DNA of 64,000 nt. Source: an uncultured Gammaproteobacteria bacterium (GTDB lineage Bacteria; Patescibacteriota; Microgenomatia; Daviesbacterales; UBA10151). A model generated the notes under the pieces. That model had not been told where the DNA came from, did no database searches, and saw nothing but the letters and a program-made list of their open reading frames with translations. Made by a program: the position numbers and the translations under genes. Every line of letters starts with the position of its first letter. The stretch's first letter is position 1. Below are positions 1 to 9,294 of the stretch, in pieces. Location of the stretch: positions 59,981 to 123,980 of the forward strand of contig CAYMIA010000001.1 of NCBI GenBank assembly GCA_964390595.1. Direction: 5' to 3'.

Positions 1-25
1 TTGTTTAAAAAATCATCAATGACTT

Positions 26-766
26 TCATACTACAAATTTTTCAAACCCACTGGTATAAGTTGCAATTCCATTGCTATCTATCGTATAACCTTCAAACCC
101 TTTTAAGTTTTCAATAAAATTAATTCCTTTCTCTCCCATAGCAAAGGCGGCTGTAGCGAACCGGTCAGCTTCATAAATATTTGGGCCAATTACTGTTAAA
201 CTAACAATATCACCAGAAGCTTTTTGACCCGATTTGGGATTGTATATGTGATGACCTCTTTCGTAGGTGCCTGAAGTTACTATCCCTTTATTTTTAGGGC
301 GAACCGCCTTAACAATCTCTTTGGTTTTAAAAGGATTTCTAATTCCAACTATCCAAGGTTTTTCAAATTTATTTCTACCAAAAGATTGAATATCTCCTCC
401 AGCATTGATATAAAAATTTTTAAATCCCTTCCTCTTTAAAATTCTGGATGCATTCCAAACAGCCCAGCCTTTAACTATGCCTGAAGGGTCATATTTGCTG
501 TTTTGTTTGATATTAAAAAAACCACTAGTTTCCTGATTGGTTTTTTCTGAAAGTTTGAAAACTTTTTTCATATCTTTACTAAATCTGGATTTTTTGATTT
601 GGCCTTTATTTATCAAAGTTATCTCACTGTTATTTTTATAAGTGCTAAATTTTTGATCAATGTATTTAAAGTAAGAATAAATCTGATCAATATCCGCTTC
701 AGTTACGAATTTGTCAACCACCTCAATAGTTATAGGCATACCCATCAAAATTCTTGTTACTTTCAT
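26..766 (-). CDS. apbE: ApbE-family FAD:protein FMN transferase (flavin transferase), short form
   Basis: 246-aa ORF. The N-terminal pattern MGMPITIEV...ADIDQIYSYFKYIDQKFSTYKNNSEITLIN and a central AGGDI motif are typical of ApbE. It lies 4 nt downstream of an FMN-binding-domain gene on the same strand. Confidence 0.7.
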   Translation of the reverse strand: MKVTRILMGMPITIEVVDKFVTEADIDQIYSYFKYIDQKFSTYKNNSEITLINKGQIKKSRFSKDMKKVFKLSEKTNQETSGFFNIKQNSKYDPSGIVKGWAVWNASRILKRKGFKNFYINAGGDIQSFGRNKFEKPWIVGIRNPFKTKEIVKAVRPKNKGIVTSGTYERGHHIYNPKSGQKASGDIVSLTVIGPNIYEADRFATAAFAMGEKGINFIENLKGFEGYTIDSNGIATYTSGFEKFVV

Positions 767-769
767 ACT

Positions 770-1240
770 TTAAACTTTTGCCTTATCAAGAGCTGATTGT
801 AGAGATTCTCTGAAGGCGCGGCTAGTTTGAGTAGCACCAGAAACTATGTCGATGTTAGCATTTTGGGCTTGAATTGCTTCTTGCTTAAGATATGGCATGG
901 CCTGAGTGTTAATTTCAACTGAAGTCCGCCTGTCATTTGGGTATTGTAAAAACTGAACATCAACAATCTTTCCTCCGTTAATAACGGTTTCGACTTGAAG
1001 ATTGCCATAATAAGCATCTGCAATATCACCTGTATATTGACCATCTTTGTATTGACCACTTACTGGTTGAGCTGTCATTACTGGGTGGGGGTTTGCTGTA
1101 GAAGGAACGCTAGTATCCTGGAGAGTGCTAATGTTTGGAGGTATTACTGTGCTAGTTCCATCTGAACCTTCAAGTCTTTGATGGAGCGAGTATGCAATAA
1201 AAGTTAGAATAACTGTAACAGATAAAAAAATCCTTTTCAT
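770..1240 (-). CDS. FMN-binding domain protein (flavinylation substrate), N-terminal membrane anchor/signal
   Basis: 156 aa with a hydrophobic N-terminus. It carries a DIVSGATQTS motif that matches the [S/T]GA[S/T] covalent-flavinylation threonine site of FMN_bind domains. It sits immediately upstream of apbE, which fits an operon. Confidence 0.65.
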   Translation of the reverse strand: MKRIFLSVTVILTFIAYSLHQRLEGSDGTSTVIPPNISTLQDTSVPSTANPHPVMTAQPVSGQYKDGQYTGDIADAYYGNLQVETVINGGKIVDVQFLQYPNDRRTSVEINTQAMPYLKQEAIQAQNANIDIVSGATQTSRAFRESLQSALDKAKV

Positions 1241-1370
1241 TTGGATATTTTAGATTATTTTTCCTTAAAAATAGCTGAGAGATAAAAATAATCTGTGAGC
1301 CGAATGACTCTCTATTTGAACCAACTCTAGCTTGGCTCGAGCATTTGAGACAAGTATATCAAAAGAGGAG

Positions 1371-1556
1371 CTAAAATTTTGTTCTGATATAGAAGAATAA
1401 CGACACACCAAATAAAAATGCAACAGCACCAGCAAATTTCATAGAAGATTCTGGATAAAGAAACACTAAGACACCAATAACTATGATTATTATTGACAAT
1501 CCTAACATATTCCGCTTAGCCTTCCTTTTTTGTTCAGGCATTAATTTAGTAGGCAT
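1371..1556 (-). CDS. small hydrophobic membrane protein (hypothetical)
   Basis: 61-aa ORF with two predicted TM segments and a KRKAKR basic stretch. No recognisable family. Confidence 0.3.
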   Translation of the reverse strand: MPTKLMPEQKRKAKRNMLGLSIIIIVIGVLVFLYPESSMKFAGAVAFLFGVSLFFYIRTKF

Positions 1557-1733
1557 AATTCCATGGTAGGTAACATTCGCTTAAAAGTCAAGAAGAATCA
1601 GCTGAGTTCGAATTACACTCGGGTATTCAGAGTTATGAAGCTAGTCCATGCTGATGAAGGATTAAGTTCAAACCGTGAGATTAGTCCATTATATCAGGCT
1701 ATTCGGGACATCGATAAACAAGATGTCCCATTC

Positions 1734-1807
1734 GGTGAGCCGAGTGGGATTCGAACCCACGACCAAGAGATTAAGAGTCTCCTGCTCTACCACTGAGCTA
1801 CCGGCCC
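1734..1807 (-). tRNA. tRNA-Lys (anticodon CUU)
   Basis: Folded by hand on the reverse complement. Acceptor stem GGGCCGG/TCGGCTC (two G-U pairs), D-arm GCTC-AGTGGTA-GAGC, anticodon stem GGAGA/TCTCT with loop CTCTTAA (anticodon CTT), T-arm GTGGG-TTCGAAT-CCCAC, discriminator A. Confidence 0.8.
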
Positions 1808-1814
1808 ATCATAA

Positions 1815-2093
1815 TTAGTCTTTTTTGTGAGCCTCTTCAGCTTTGGTTATCTGATCAGCCACGCTGACCTCTTCAATATCTTTGCCATCATCGTTATCTT
1901 TGTTATAAAGTCCAGCTTGATGAGCTTCATCAGCTACACTTCTGGTTTCAGTTATTTCAGGATTTGGAGCGCTGCCATCAAAATCACTTTCGTCTAAGTT
2001 TTCTGGATCAGCTTTAATTGCATTGGCTAAGCCAGAATCCTCCTCATAAGCTTCCTCATTTTCATCTTTAACATCGCTATAATCATCGCTCAT
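1815..2093 (-). CDS. highly acidic, low-complexity protein (hypothetical)
   Basis: The ORF track gives 117 aa. The likely true start is the internal Met MSDDYSD, which is preceded by a strong SD (AAAGGGGGTGA, 4 nt spacer), giving about 92 aa. The protein is D/E-rich and looks disordered. Confidence 0.45.
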   Translation of the reverse strand: MSDDYSDVKDENEEAYEEDSGLANAIKADPENLDESDFDGSAPNPEITETRSVADEAHQAGLYNKDNDDGKDIEEVSVADQITKAEEAHKKD

Positions 2094-2208
2094 AAAATCA
2101 CCCCCTTTGTTTGTGTATGATACAACAGAAGAGGAAACTTTTGAACTATGAATGCTAAATTGGTACAATGGGAGCAGTAAATGCGCCTAGTAGCGCATAT
2201 ATTTATAC

Positions 2209-2281
2209 GCGCCTGTGGCTCAATGGATAGAGCATTGGTCTTCGGAACCAAGGGTTGTGGGTTCGACTCCCGCCAGGCGCA
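2209..2281 (+). tRNA. tRNA-Arg (anticodon UCG)
   Basis: Acceptor stem GCGCCTG/CAGGCGC is a perfect 7 bp. D-arm GCTC-AATGGATA-GAGC, anticodon stem TTGGT/ACCAA with loop CTTCGGA (anticodon TCG), T-arm GTGGG-TTCGACT-CCCGC, discriminator A. Confidence 0.75.
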
Positions 2282-2287
2282 CAATTT

Positions 2288-2800
2288 ATGAAAAAGGCAA
2301 GAATTGGTTTAATAATAAGCGTTACTCTAGTTATTTCAGCTTTTTTAGGATATAGATATCTATCTAATTTTCGGCGTGTCTCAACAAATTACCATCCTGA
2401 TGATTTACAGAAGTCTCAAATAAATCCTCAAGACCTTAAATATGAGGTTATCCAAAAGGGTGAAGCCTTAGGTGTAGAAAGTTATTTAGTACTGGTTACA
2501 TCTAATGACCCAGCAGCGGTAAATCAGATTGCTTTGAATGTTAAGAAGCAGGAATGTAAGATGCCTTGTGATGTTCATTTATTTGACGAGAAACAAGCAA
2601 TTTTTACATATTTAGAATACGATAAATTAATGAAAAACAGAGAAACAACATCTGAGCAGAGGGATAAATGGAATAAGGAAAATTATATTTATATAGCAGA
2701 TCATTATGTAGGGACAATGAACTATAGTGCAGATAGCCTTTTTTCTAGTTATCCAAATAAAGATGTATATTATAAAGCACTTAAACAGGGTCAGATTTAA
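2288..2800 (+). CDS. membrane-anchored/secreted hypothetical protein
   Basis: The ORF track starts at 2255, inside the tRNA. The plausible start is Met MKKARIGLIISVTLV at 2288, which begins a signal/TM segment. No family recognised. Confidence 0.45.
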   Translation: MKKARIGLIISVTLVISAFLGYRYLSNFRRVSTNYHPDDLQKSQINPQDLKYEVIQKGEALGVESYLVLVTSNDPAAVNQIALNVKKQECKMPCDVHLFDEKQAIFTYLEYDKLMKNRETTSEQRDKWNKENYIYIADHYVGTMNYSADSLFSSYPNKDVYYKALKQGQI

Positions 2801-3335
2801 CTGAGTAGCTTAGTTCAGGTAAAACCTGGATATTGCCGCGGATGGCAGAGTTGAGGATGGTGGGTGCAAGTCTTGAGTTCTGATCAACACAGACCTCCAA
2901 ATATTCGCCGTAAAAAACTTTCTTGGTTCGAAAGCGGTCATACCTGAAGCCTTGTTCGGCGAGGTCTAGAAGCAGTTTTTGACTTGACGGAAGTTCAAAG
3001 TAATAAAAAAGTGCTCTCTCTCCTAGCTTTTCTTGATATTTTTGCATTCTTTCGGAGTTAAAGTTAATAAGTACTTGGGGATTGACTGGTTGGTATGTGA
3101 GCCAGGGTAGAGCGAGTTGTTTGCAAACTGGTGGCGAGCCAGGAAAGGCGGAGATATAGACCATAAAAGCATTTTCATCATTTGCAAGATCGGCAACTCT
3201 TTGATCCCACCTATCTCTAAGTTCGCTTTGATTAGGATTTGGTTTAACTTGACATTTCGGATCGATTGACGGAGCGAGTAGGTTGTAGTCTGGATGCACT
3301 AAAAAATCTATTTGTTCAATTCGTCTTAGGGGCAT
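2781..3335 (-). CDS. hypothetical protein
   Basis: 184-aa ORF with coding-like composition. It overlaps the next gene by 10 nt, which is operon-like. No motif recognised. Confidence 0.45.
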   Translation of the reverse strand: MPLRRIEQIDFLVHPDYNLLAPSIDPKCQVKPNPNQSELRDRWDQRVADLANDENAFMVYISAFPGSPPVCKQLALPWLTYQPVNPQVLINFNSERMQKYQEKLGERALFYYFELPSSQKLLLDLAEQGFRYDRFRTKKVFYGEYLEVCVDQNSRLAPTILNSAIRGNIQVLPELSYSVKSDPV

Positions 3336-3664
3336 TTGATTTGCAGTATATCATTTAAGGTGGTTTGGCTTTGAACTATTGTGGTATTGGGCAATTCAAT
3401 AACAGTCTTATAAATTGGATTCCAGAAGAAAAAACTATTAGGTGGAAGGGCATTTTTTAATTTGACTACTTGTTTTTGGTTATTTAAAATCACCACATCA
3501 ATTGGAATTTTTAAAAAAAGTGTGTGAATACCAAAGCGGGTATTAAAAATTAAAGTTTTGGGATTTGACTCTCTTAGCAGTCCAAATATTTGATCAAAAA
3601 AGCCCTTTGCCACTTTGGCGTCAGTTGCCAGAACTGTTTTTTTAGTCTCATTTAGTATTTTCAT
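3326..3664 (-). CDS. DUF192 (ACR, COG1430)-like small protein
   Basis: 112 aa. The GLLRE...NTRFGIHTLFLKIPIDVVIL pattern resembles the conserved DUF192 core (GLMxR ... FWMKNT..PLDiiF). Confidence 0.45.
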   Translation of the reverse strand: MKILNETKKTVLATDAKVAKGFFDQIFGLLRESNPKTLIFNTRFGIHTLFLKIPIDVVILNNQKQVVKLKNALPPNSFFFWNPIYKTVIELPNTTIVQSQTTLNDILQIKCP

Positions 3665-3727
3665 GATTCTATTTTACCCCTTTTCTTTTTCACAATACAT
3701 GGTAATATATTTAAGAGGTTATAGGAT

Positions 3728-4489
3728 ATGCCAAGAAAAAAGATTGAAATAACAGCGGCAATAACTAGAGGAAGAGGTTCCAAATCTGTTAGTTCAAAAG
3801 CTACCGCAAAAATTACAAGAAGTAGAAAACCTAAAGAAACTGAAGATTTTGATGAATTAACTGAGTCAACAGTTTCCAGAACTTCGTTTGCTAGTCTGTT
3901 TGCAAACCGGAAACGTGTTTATTTAGTTTCTGGAGTAATCGTAATTTTACTTCTTGGATATATTGCAGCCAAGTATTTGGTGGTTGCTTGGGTAGATAAA
4001 AAACCGCTGACCCGTTTTCAGTATTATTCTAGATTACAAGATAAATATGGCAAAGATACCCGTGAACAGCTAATTAGTGAGCAATTAATCTTAAATGAAG
4101 CAGATAAAAGGCATGTAAGCGTTACCTCCGCGGAAATCGACAATCAGGTTAAGACCATCGAGACTCAACAAGGCGGAGCTGATAAGCTAAAGCAAGCTTT
4201 AGACCAACAGGGTTTAACGGTGGATGAGTTAAGAAAGCAGGTAAAATTTCAATTACTGATTGAGAAGATGTTTGGTGGCGGAATCAATATTACTGAGCAA
4301 GATGTAGATAAGTACATGACTGATAATAAGGAATCTTTGCCTGAGATAAAACCAGAAGACGCTTCTGGTGCAGCCAAGTTACGCCAAGATATCCAAAGCC
4401 AGTTGAAGCAACAAAAGTTGTCAGAAGGCTTTAATGCCTGGTTAAAAGAAGCACTAGCTTCAAACCGGGTGAATCGGGTGGCTCTTTAG
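3728..4489 (+). CDS. SurA N-terminal-domain periplasmic chaperone-like protein (PpiD/PrsA-like, no PPIase domain evident)
   Basis: 253 aa. A basic N-terminus, then a TM anchor (YLVSGVIVILLLGYIAA), then a region (LTRFQYYSRLQDKYG...QLISEQLIL...DELRKQVKFQLLIEKMF) typical of SurA_N/PpiD chaperone domains. Confidence 0.5.
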   Translation: MPRKKIEITAAITRGRGSKSVSSKATAKITRSRKPKETEDFDELTESTVSRTSFASLFANRKRVYLVSGVIVILLLGYIAAKYLVVAWVDKKPLTRFQYYSRLQDKYGKDTREQLISEQLILNEADKRHVSVTSAEIDNQVKTIETQQGGADKLKQALDQQGLTVDELRKQVKFQLLIEKMFGGGINITEQDVDKYMTDNKESLPEIKPEDASGAAKLRQDIQSQLKQQKLSEGFNAWLKEALASNRVNRVAL

Positions 4490-4595
4490 AAATTTAACAG
4501 TGGGTATACTACATTCTTATAGGTTGACAAGTCACGCAAGGTCAATCTTGATTTTTAAGCGGTAAAGGCGTAATGTCTAGTTGGAGGTGATTTAG

Positions 4596-5003
4596 ATGAC
4601 AGATAATTTAAAGGTTAAAGGAGTTGAGAGTGTTTTATTGGGATCGGGTAATTCTAAACAGCTAGCAGATTTTTATAAAGATAAGGTGGGGTTAAAGCTA
4701 ACAACTGAGGCTACGATGGGTGAAGGGGATGAGGCGACTGATGTGTATGGATTTGACATGGAGAATGGAACAGGTTTATATATTATGAATCATTCAGAGG
4801 TCCATGGTAAGAATAATATGCCTGGAAGAGTGATGTTAAACATTGAGGTAGTTGGTCAGATCGAGGAGGCTGTTGAGCAATTGAAAGGGCGAGGAGTAGA
4901 GATGGTTGGAGAATTACATCACGTTGAAGGTTATGGCAAGATTGCGACTTTCGAAGACCCAGACGGAAATTATTTTCAATTGGTTCAAGTTAAAGAGATC
5001 TAA
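4596..5003 (+). CDS. VOC (glyoxalase/bleomycin-resistance fold) family protein
   Basis: 135 aa. The C-terminal ATFEDPDGNYFQLVQ is a hallmark VOC beta-strand motif. A GGAGGTG SD lies upstream. A paralog is present at 22644..23006. Confidence 0.6.
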   Translation: MTDNLKVKGVESVLLGSGNSKQLADFYKDKVGLKLTTEATMGEGDEATDVYGFDMENGTGLYIMNHSEVHGKNNMPGRVMLNIEVVGQIEEAVEQLKGRGVEMVGELHHVEGYGKIATFEDPDGNYFQLVQVKEI

Positions 5004-5012
5004 ATTAATCAG

Positions 5013-5651
5013 TTATTTAGCTTTGGAGGCAAGATCGGATAAATTACTGAGTAGGTCTATGAGTCTAATTCTGGTCTCTGGATCGGCTTTTTCTAGGGCA
5101 TATTTGAAACGATTCATAGCTTCTGTGTAGCGACGCGGACTATTTTCTGGGTCTGAAATATTGGTTTCATCTAATCCCTCGAGTTCAAGCCTAAGCTCGC
5201 TAATTCCAAGTTGATCTAAAACTCCGGCAGCGATTCCCTCACCTTCGAGAACCATTCCATAAAAGATGTGAAATGAGTTCATCTTAAGGTTTGGAATTTT
5301 TTGCCCTGCTTTTTTGGTAGTAGCCCAGGCTAATTCTAAAACTTTACTAGCTCTTGGAGTAAAGTGATCAGCCCCTGATGAAACATTTTCTCGTTCTCCA
5401 CCTTGGTAGGTAGAAAGTAAAAAAGAAGTCTCTCTTCTTACAGTCCAGGGAGTTATACCTAAACTTTGAAGAAATTTTCTTTCCCTAGTTTCCTCATGAT
5501 TACTTTTATCGCCGACAAACCCTAATAACAAATCTTCAGTTCCTACATAAATACAATTTCTATTTGTTGCCTCGAGTCTGGCCTGTTTTAAAAGACTGAT
5601 TCCGCTTTTGTCAATGTGAGCTGTTTCTAAATATGCATCTACATTTATCAC
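5013..5651 (-). CDS. Clp N-terminal (Clp_N repeat) domain protein
   Basis: 212 aa with two repeats resembling the ClpA/B N-domain motif (YVGTEDLLLGFV and HIFYGMVLEGEGIAAGVL). Confidence 0.5.
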   Translation of the reverse strand: MINVDAYLETAHIDKSGISLLKQARLEATNRNCIYVGTEDLLLGFVGDKSNHEETRERKFLQSLGITPWTVRRETSFLLSTYQGGERENVSSGADHFTPRASKVLELAWATTKKAGQKIPNLKMNSFHIFYGMVLEGEGIAAGVLDQLGISELRLELEGLDETNISDPENSPRRYTEAMNRFKYALEKADPETRIRLIDLLSNLSDLASKAK

Positions 5652-5698
5652 GGGGTTTATATTATAGGGTTATATAACATATGTCAAGAAGATCTCGA

Positions 5699-7132
5699 TC
5701 AGATTCTGCAAAATTGCATTGATGGTTCGAGCCATTTTCTTCCATTGGATTCAATTAATTGATCAGCCTCTTTTGGGCCCCAAGTTCCAGGCTTGTAAAT
5801 GAGAGGAATCTGGGAGCTTTTTGCATATTGATCAATGAAGGACCACTGGGCTTCAACCTCTTCAGCATCATTAAAAAAGGTTTGATCCCCTCGGATAACA
5901 TCGGAAATTAATCTTTCATATGGATCAGGGAGCCCGTGAAAGTTGCGGTCAACTGGATAGCAATATTGCATATATTCAGGGTTGAGTTTAATTTTGTGTC
6001 CAGGATGTTTGACCGCTACTTTTAAAACAATTCCTTCGTTCGGAGCTATTCTGTAAATTAAAATATTTGGTTCATCCACACTGCCTAGATTTTTAAACAA
6101 TCTGTTTTCTGGATTTTTGAATATAACGGAGATCTCTGTTACAGTTTGGGCTAATTTTTTACCAGCCCTGACATAGATCGGAACTCCTTTGAAACGGTTG
6201 TTATCAATTTCAGTTTTAAGCGCGTAGAAAGTATCTGTTTTTGAAGTAGGGGAGACGTTTTTTTCTTGACTATAGCCTTCGTATTGGCCCAGGATTAATT
6301 TTTTAGGATGGGGAATAAGTTCCTGTAAGATTTTTAATCTTTGTTTGGTGACTGCCTCATTGCTAAACTCGATTGGAGCATCCATTGCCGCAAAGGCGAT
6401 CATTTGAAGTTGATGATTTTGGCCAACATCTTTAAGGGAGCCCACAGTGTCAAAGTATCCACCCCGGTCGCCAATGCCAAAATCTTCAGAAGCAGTGACT
6501 TGAATATGATCGATAAATTCAGAGTTAATTAAGGGCTCGAAAACGCCATTCCCAAATCTAAAAGTTAAAATATTTTGAAGGGTTTCTTTACCAAGGTAGT
6601 GATCAAGCCGGTAGATCTGATCTTCAGAGAAATACTTCTTCAGTAGCTGATTTAACTTTTTGGCGGAACTTAAATCATTACCAATTGGCTTTTCAATCAT
6701 TAAACGGACAAAACCGGATCTTTGATGATTCATCTTGGCGCGTTGCAAGTTATCAAAGGCGTGATGATATAAATCCGGATAGGTTGCTAAATAATAGATG
6801 ACATTTTGTGACTTCAACTTAACTAAAAAGCCTTTTAATTTGACATAAAAATTGGGGTCATCGAGATGTCCGGGTAAGTAATGCATTTTCTTAACCAGCT
6901 TTTTTAAAATGGTTTCTTTAATAGGATGTTGGTGATGGCGGTTTTCTTTATTTAAAACTTGATGGATATACTTGGTAAATTCAGCTGGGGTTTGGGTGGA
7001 TCTAGCAATTCCGATAATGGAGATATTTGATGGCAGTAAATCCTTTTCAGCCATATCATAAAGAGCGGGAAGAAGTTTGATTTGAGCCAGATTTGAGGTA
7101 ATTCCAAAAATAACCAGGGTAAGCTTTTCCAT
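5699..7132 (-). CDS. zwf: glucose-6-phosphate 1-dehydrogenase
   Basis: 477 aa with the canonical G6PD active-site motif RLDHYLGKE, and EKPIGNDL upstream of it. Confidence 0.9.
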   Translation of the reverse strand: MEKLTLVIFGITSNLAQIKLLPALYDMAEKDLLPSNISIIGIARSTQTPAEFTKYIHQVLNKENRHHQHPIKETILKKLVKKMHYLPGHLDDPNFYVKLKGFLVKLKSQNVIYYLATYPDLYHHAFDNLQRAKMNHQRSGFVRLMIEKPIGNDLSSAKKLNQLLKKYFSEDQIYRLDHYLGKETLQNILTFRFGNGVFEPLINSEFIDHIQVTASEDFGIGDRGGYFDTVGSLKDVGQNHQLQMIAFAAMDAPIEFSNEAVTKQRLKILQELIPHPKKLILGQYEGYSQEKNVSPTSKTDTFYALKTEIDNNRFKGVPIYVRAGKKLAQTVTEISVIFKNPENRLFKNLGSVDEPNILIYRIAPNEGIVLKVAVKHPGHKIKLNPEYMQYCYPVDRNFHGLPDPYERLISDVIRGDQTFFNDAEEVEAQWSFIDQYAKSSQIPLIYKPGTWGPKEADQLIESNGRKWLEPSMQFCRI

Positions 7133-7252
7133 CAGAGATTAGGGTAATGTGTTGACATTAAAGTTGCAAGAGGTTAGTTAGTTCTACTTGACTTGATTTA
7201 TTGTTGCTGGCATACTCATTTCATGAGGCAAAGCCTCTTGTAGAATGCCACA

Positions 7253-7858
7253 ATGAAGATTGGTTCGACTAGAACTTTGGAAGAAAATAGAGAAGTTTTA
7301 AAGGATCCTGACTCGGTTGGTCCGGACCCAGTTTACTGGGTTTTTTCAGGTATCGAAACTGTACCTTGGGATAATATGACAGTTTTTGCTCCAGGGCGCT
7401 ATACTTCGACTTCGCTCAGTACCAATGGCGGCGGTGAGTATCCAAAGACTTTTGGGCATTATCATCCGGAGGATAGCAAAGATGAAGTTTATACTGTGAT
7501 TCACGGCGATGGCATATTCGTGATGCAAAAAAAGTTTTTTGATGAAAATGGTCAGTGGGTGGAGAATAAAGTTAGTGAGGTGGTGTTAATTTTCGCCAAA
7601 CATGGGGACGAGGTGGTTATCAAGCCAGAATGGGGTCATTCATGGAGCAATGTTGGTGATGATCCACTAATTACATCGGATAATTGGATTTGGGGTCATA
7701 CACCGGCTGATTATGAAGTAATTGGCAAAATGCATGGAATGGCCTATTACCTAATTGAAGAAGCGGGTGCTCCTAAAGCTGTGCCAAACCCAAACTACGC
7801 AGACTTACCTGAGCCACAATGGTTGAATGTCGAGCAGTTTAGTCAGAAATATGGTTAA
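7253..7858 (+). CDS. pgiA: cupin-type glucose-6-phosphate isomerase (archaeal-type cPGI)
   Basis: 201 aa. TSLSTNGGGEYPKTFGHYHPEDSKDEVYTV matches the cPGI signature T-x3-P-x3-G-x-E-x3-T-x-G-H-x-H-x6-11-E-x-Y. PEWGHSWSN matches the second motif P-x3-H-x3-N. It is divergent from zwf. Confidence 0.7.
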   Translation: MKIGSTRTLEENREVLKDPDSVGPDPVYWVFSGIETVPWDNMTVFAPGRYTSTSLSTNGGGEYPKTFGHYHPEDSKDEVYTVIHGDGIFVMQKKFFDENGQWVENKVSEVVLIFAKHGDEVVIKPEWGHSWSNVGDDPLITSDNWIWGHTPADYEVIGKMHGMAYYLIEEAGAPKAVPNPNYADLPEPQWLNVEQFSQKYG

Positions 7859-8507
7859 CTTTTTTGGTTTTAAGTAAGGGAATAGTTAGGCCAGCTAGTA
7901 TTCCAAAAGAACTACCCATTAAAAACCCACCTATCACGTCAGAGGTCCAATGTTCTCCCAAGTAAATCCGGGAGATCATCATTAAGATTAAACTGCCCAA
8001 AAGAATTGGTTGGATAATAGATTGGATTTTAGCTGGTGTTTTGAGATAGAAATAAACTATTAAAAAACAGATTAAAAAGGCTGTTCTGGTGACGTGCCCA
8101 GATGGATATGAATAGTTAGTATGAACAAACTCACTAGGAAAATGAAATTGAATGACGCCCCGGTAAAATAAAAAAGGGGGAGCTGGATGAAAGATAAATA
8201 ATTTACCATAAATCTCAACTACTAAAGCAATTGGGAGTAAGAATAGGCTGGCTGCAGCGACCCAAAATTTTTTAACTCCTAGAAAGATTAATAAGATCAG
8301 CCAAGCCACTCCAGTGATCTCTGCTGTTCCTAGTAGCGAAAGGATTGAAAAAGGTAGATCGAATTTTCGGGAGATATGATCTTGAAGGCGGACAGTGGTG
8401 TTAAAATCAAAAAAAACAAACCGGCCAGAGGCGACAAAGTAAGTAAAGACTAGAAAAAGAAAAAATAAGAAGAGGGCGATTAAAAAAAATGGTATTTTTT
8501 TGCCCAT
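7839..8507 (-). CDS. PAP2-family membrane phosphatase (phosphatidic acid phosphatase type 2 / undecaprenyl-PP phosphatase-like)
   Basis: 222 aa and polytopic. It carries the PAP2 motifs PSGH (YSYPSGHVTRTAF) and SRIYLGEHWTSD (SR-x5-H-x3-D). Confidence 0.7.
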   Translation of the reverse strand: MGKKIPFFLIALFLFFLFLVFTYFVASGRFVFFDFNTTVRLQDHISRKFDLPFSILSLLGTAEITGVAWLILLIFLGVKKFWVAAASLFLLPIALVVEIYGKLFIFHPAPPFLFYRGVIQFHFPSEFVHTNYSYPSGHVTRTAFLICFLIVYFYLKTPAKIQSIIQPILLGSLILMMISRIYLGEHWTSDVIGGFLMGSSFGILAGLTIPLLKTKKVNHISD

Positions 8508-8529
8508 CTAAATATCTTATCACAAATGC

Positions 8530-9294
8530 TTGTCTGCTTTGGCCTATTTGACGTATCATACAGTTATGAAAATAATCTGGATATTGCTCTTGGTTTTTGT
8601 TTTGGTGATCGCAGTTAATCTAAACCGGCTTTATGCTCAAATTTATGACCGGGTTTATATCCCTAGTCCTAACGACAAGGTGACTTACTTTTTGGGTCAA
8701 AAAAATGCTAAAAATGGTGTGGTTAAGTATGTCTCAATGGGAGATAGTTTAACTGCTGGTGTGGGAGTGGATTCGATCGAAAAAAGTTATCCCTACTTGG
8801 TCGCCAAAAAGATTTCTAAAGAGTTTCCGGATGTCGAACTGATTGATTTAGGGGTTCCAGGTGCGGGTGCCGATGATGTCTTTAGAGTTGAGCTACCGAT
8901 GGCCGTAAAGGAAAATCCTGATTACGTTACTCTTTTAGTTGGTATCAATGACATACACGATCATGTCTCAAAAGATAAGTTTAAAAAACAATATGAACAA
9001 ATTTTGGATACTCTCTTAAGTAAGACTACCGCAAAAATAGTTATTTTAAACGTGCCTTATTTAGGTGCGCCAAATTTGATTGTTTTTCCATACAGCAATT
9101 TTTATGATGGAGAGACCAGGCAGTTTAATTTGATAATTAAGCAGTTGGCTGAAAAAAAGAACCTCCCTTTGGTTGACTTATTTACATCTTCCAAGATATT
9201 TCAATCAGACCCAGCCAGATACTACAGCCCCGATCTTTTCCATCCAAATGAAGCTGGTTATAGAATTTGGGGAGACTTGATTAATGCCCGTTAA
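8530..9294 (+). CDS. SGNH/GDSL hydrolase (esterase/O-acetyl-transfer partner)
   Basis: 254 aa. Block I GDSLTAG, block III GINDI, block V DLFHPNEAGY (D-x-x-H). N-terminal TM anchor. Confidence 0.7.
   Translation: MSALAYLTYHTVMKIIWILLLVFVLVIAVNLNRLYAQIYDRVYIPSPNDKVTYFLGQKNAKNGVVKYVSMGDSLTAGVGVDSIEKSYPYLVAKKISKEFPDVELIDLGVPGAGADDVFRVELPMAVKENPDYVTLLVGINDIHDHVSKDKFKKQYEQILDTLLSKTTAKIVILNVPYLGAPNLIVFPYSNFYDGETRQFNLIIKQLAEKKNLPLVDLFTSSKIFQSDPARYYSPDLFHPNEAGYRIWGDLINAR

Noticed and set aside
1563-1796. 77-aa plus-strand ORF
   Set aside because: It is entirely antisense to and overlapping tRNA-Lys, and it has no RBS. It is a spurious ORF.
2181-2199. Short palindrome ATGCGCCTAGTAGCGCAT just upstream of tRNA-Arg
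   Set aside because: The 6-bp arms are too short to call a terminator or operator with any confidence.
2090-2284. 64-aa minus-strand ORF overlapping tRNA-Arg(UCG)
   Set aside because: It covers the tRNA on the opposite strand and overlaps the acidic-protein gene. It is spurious.
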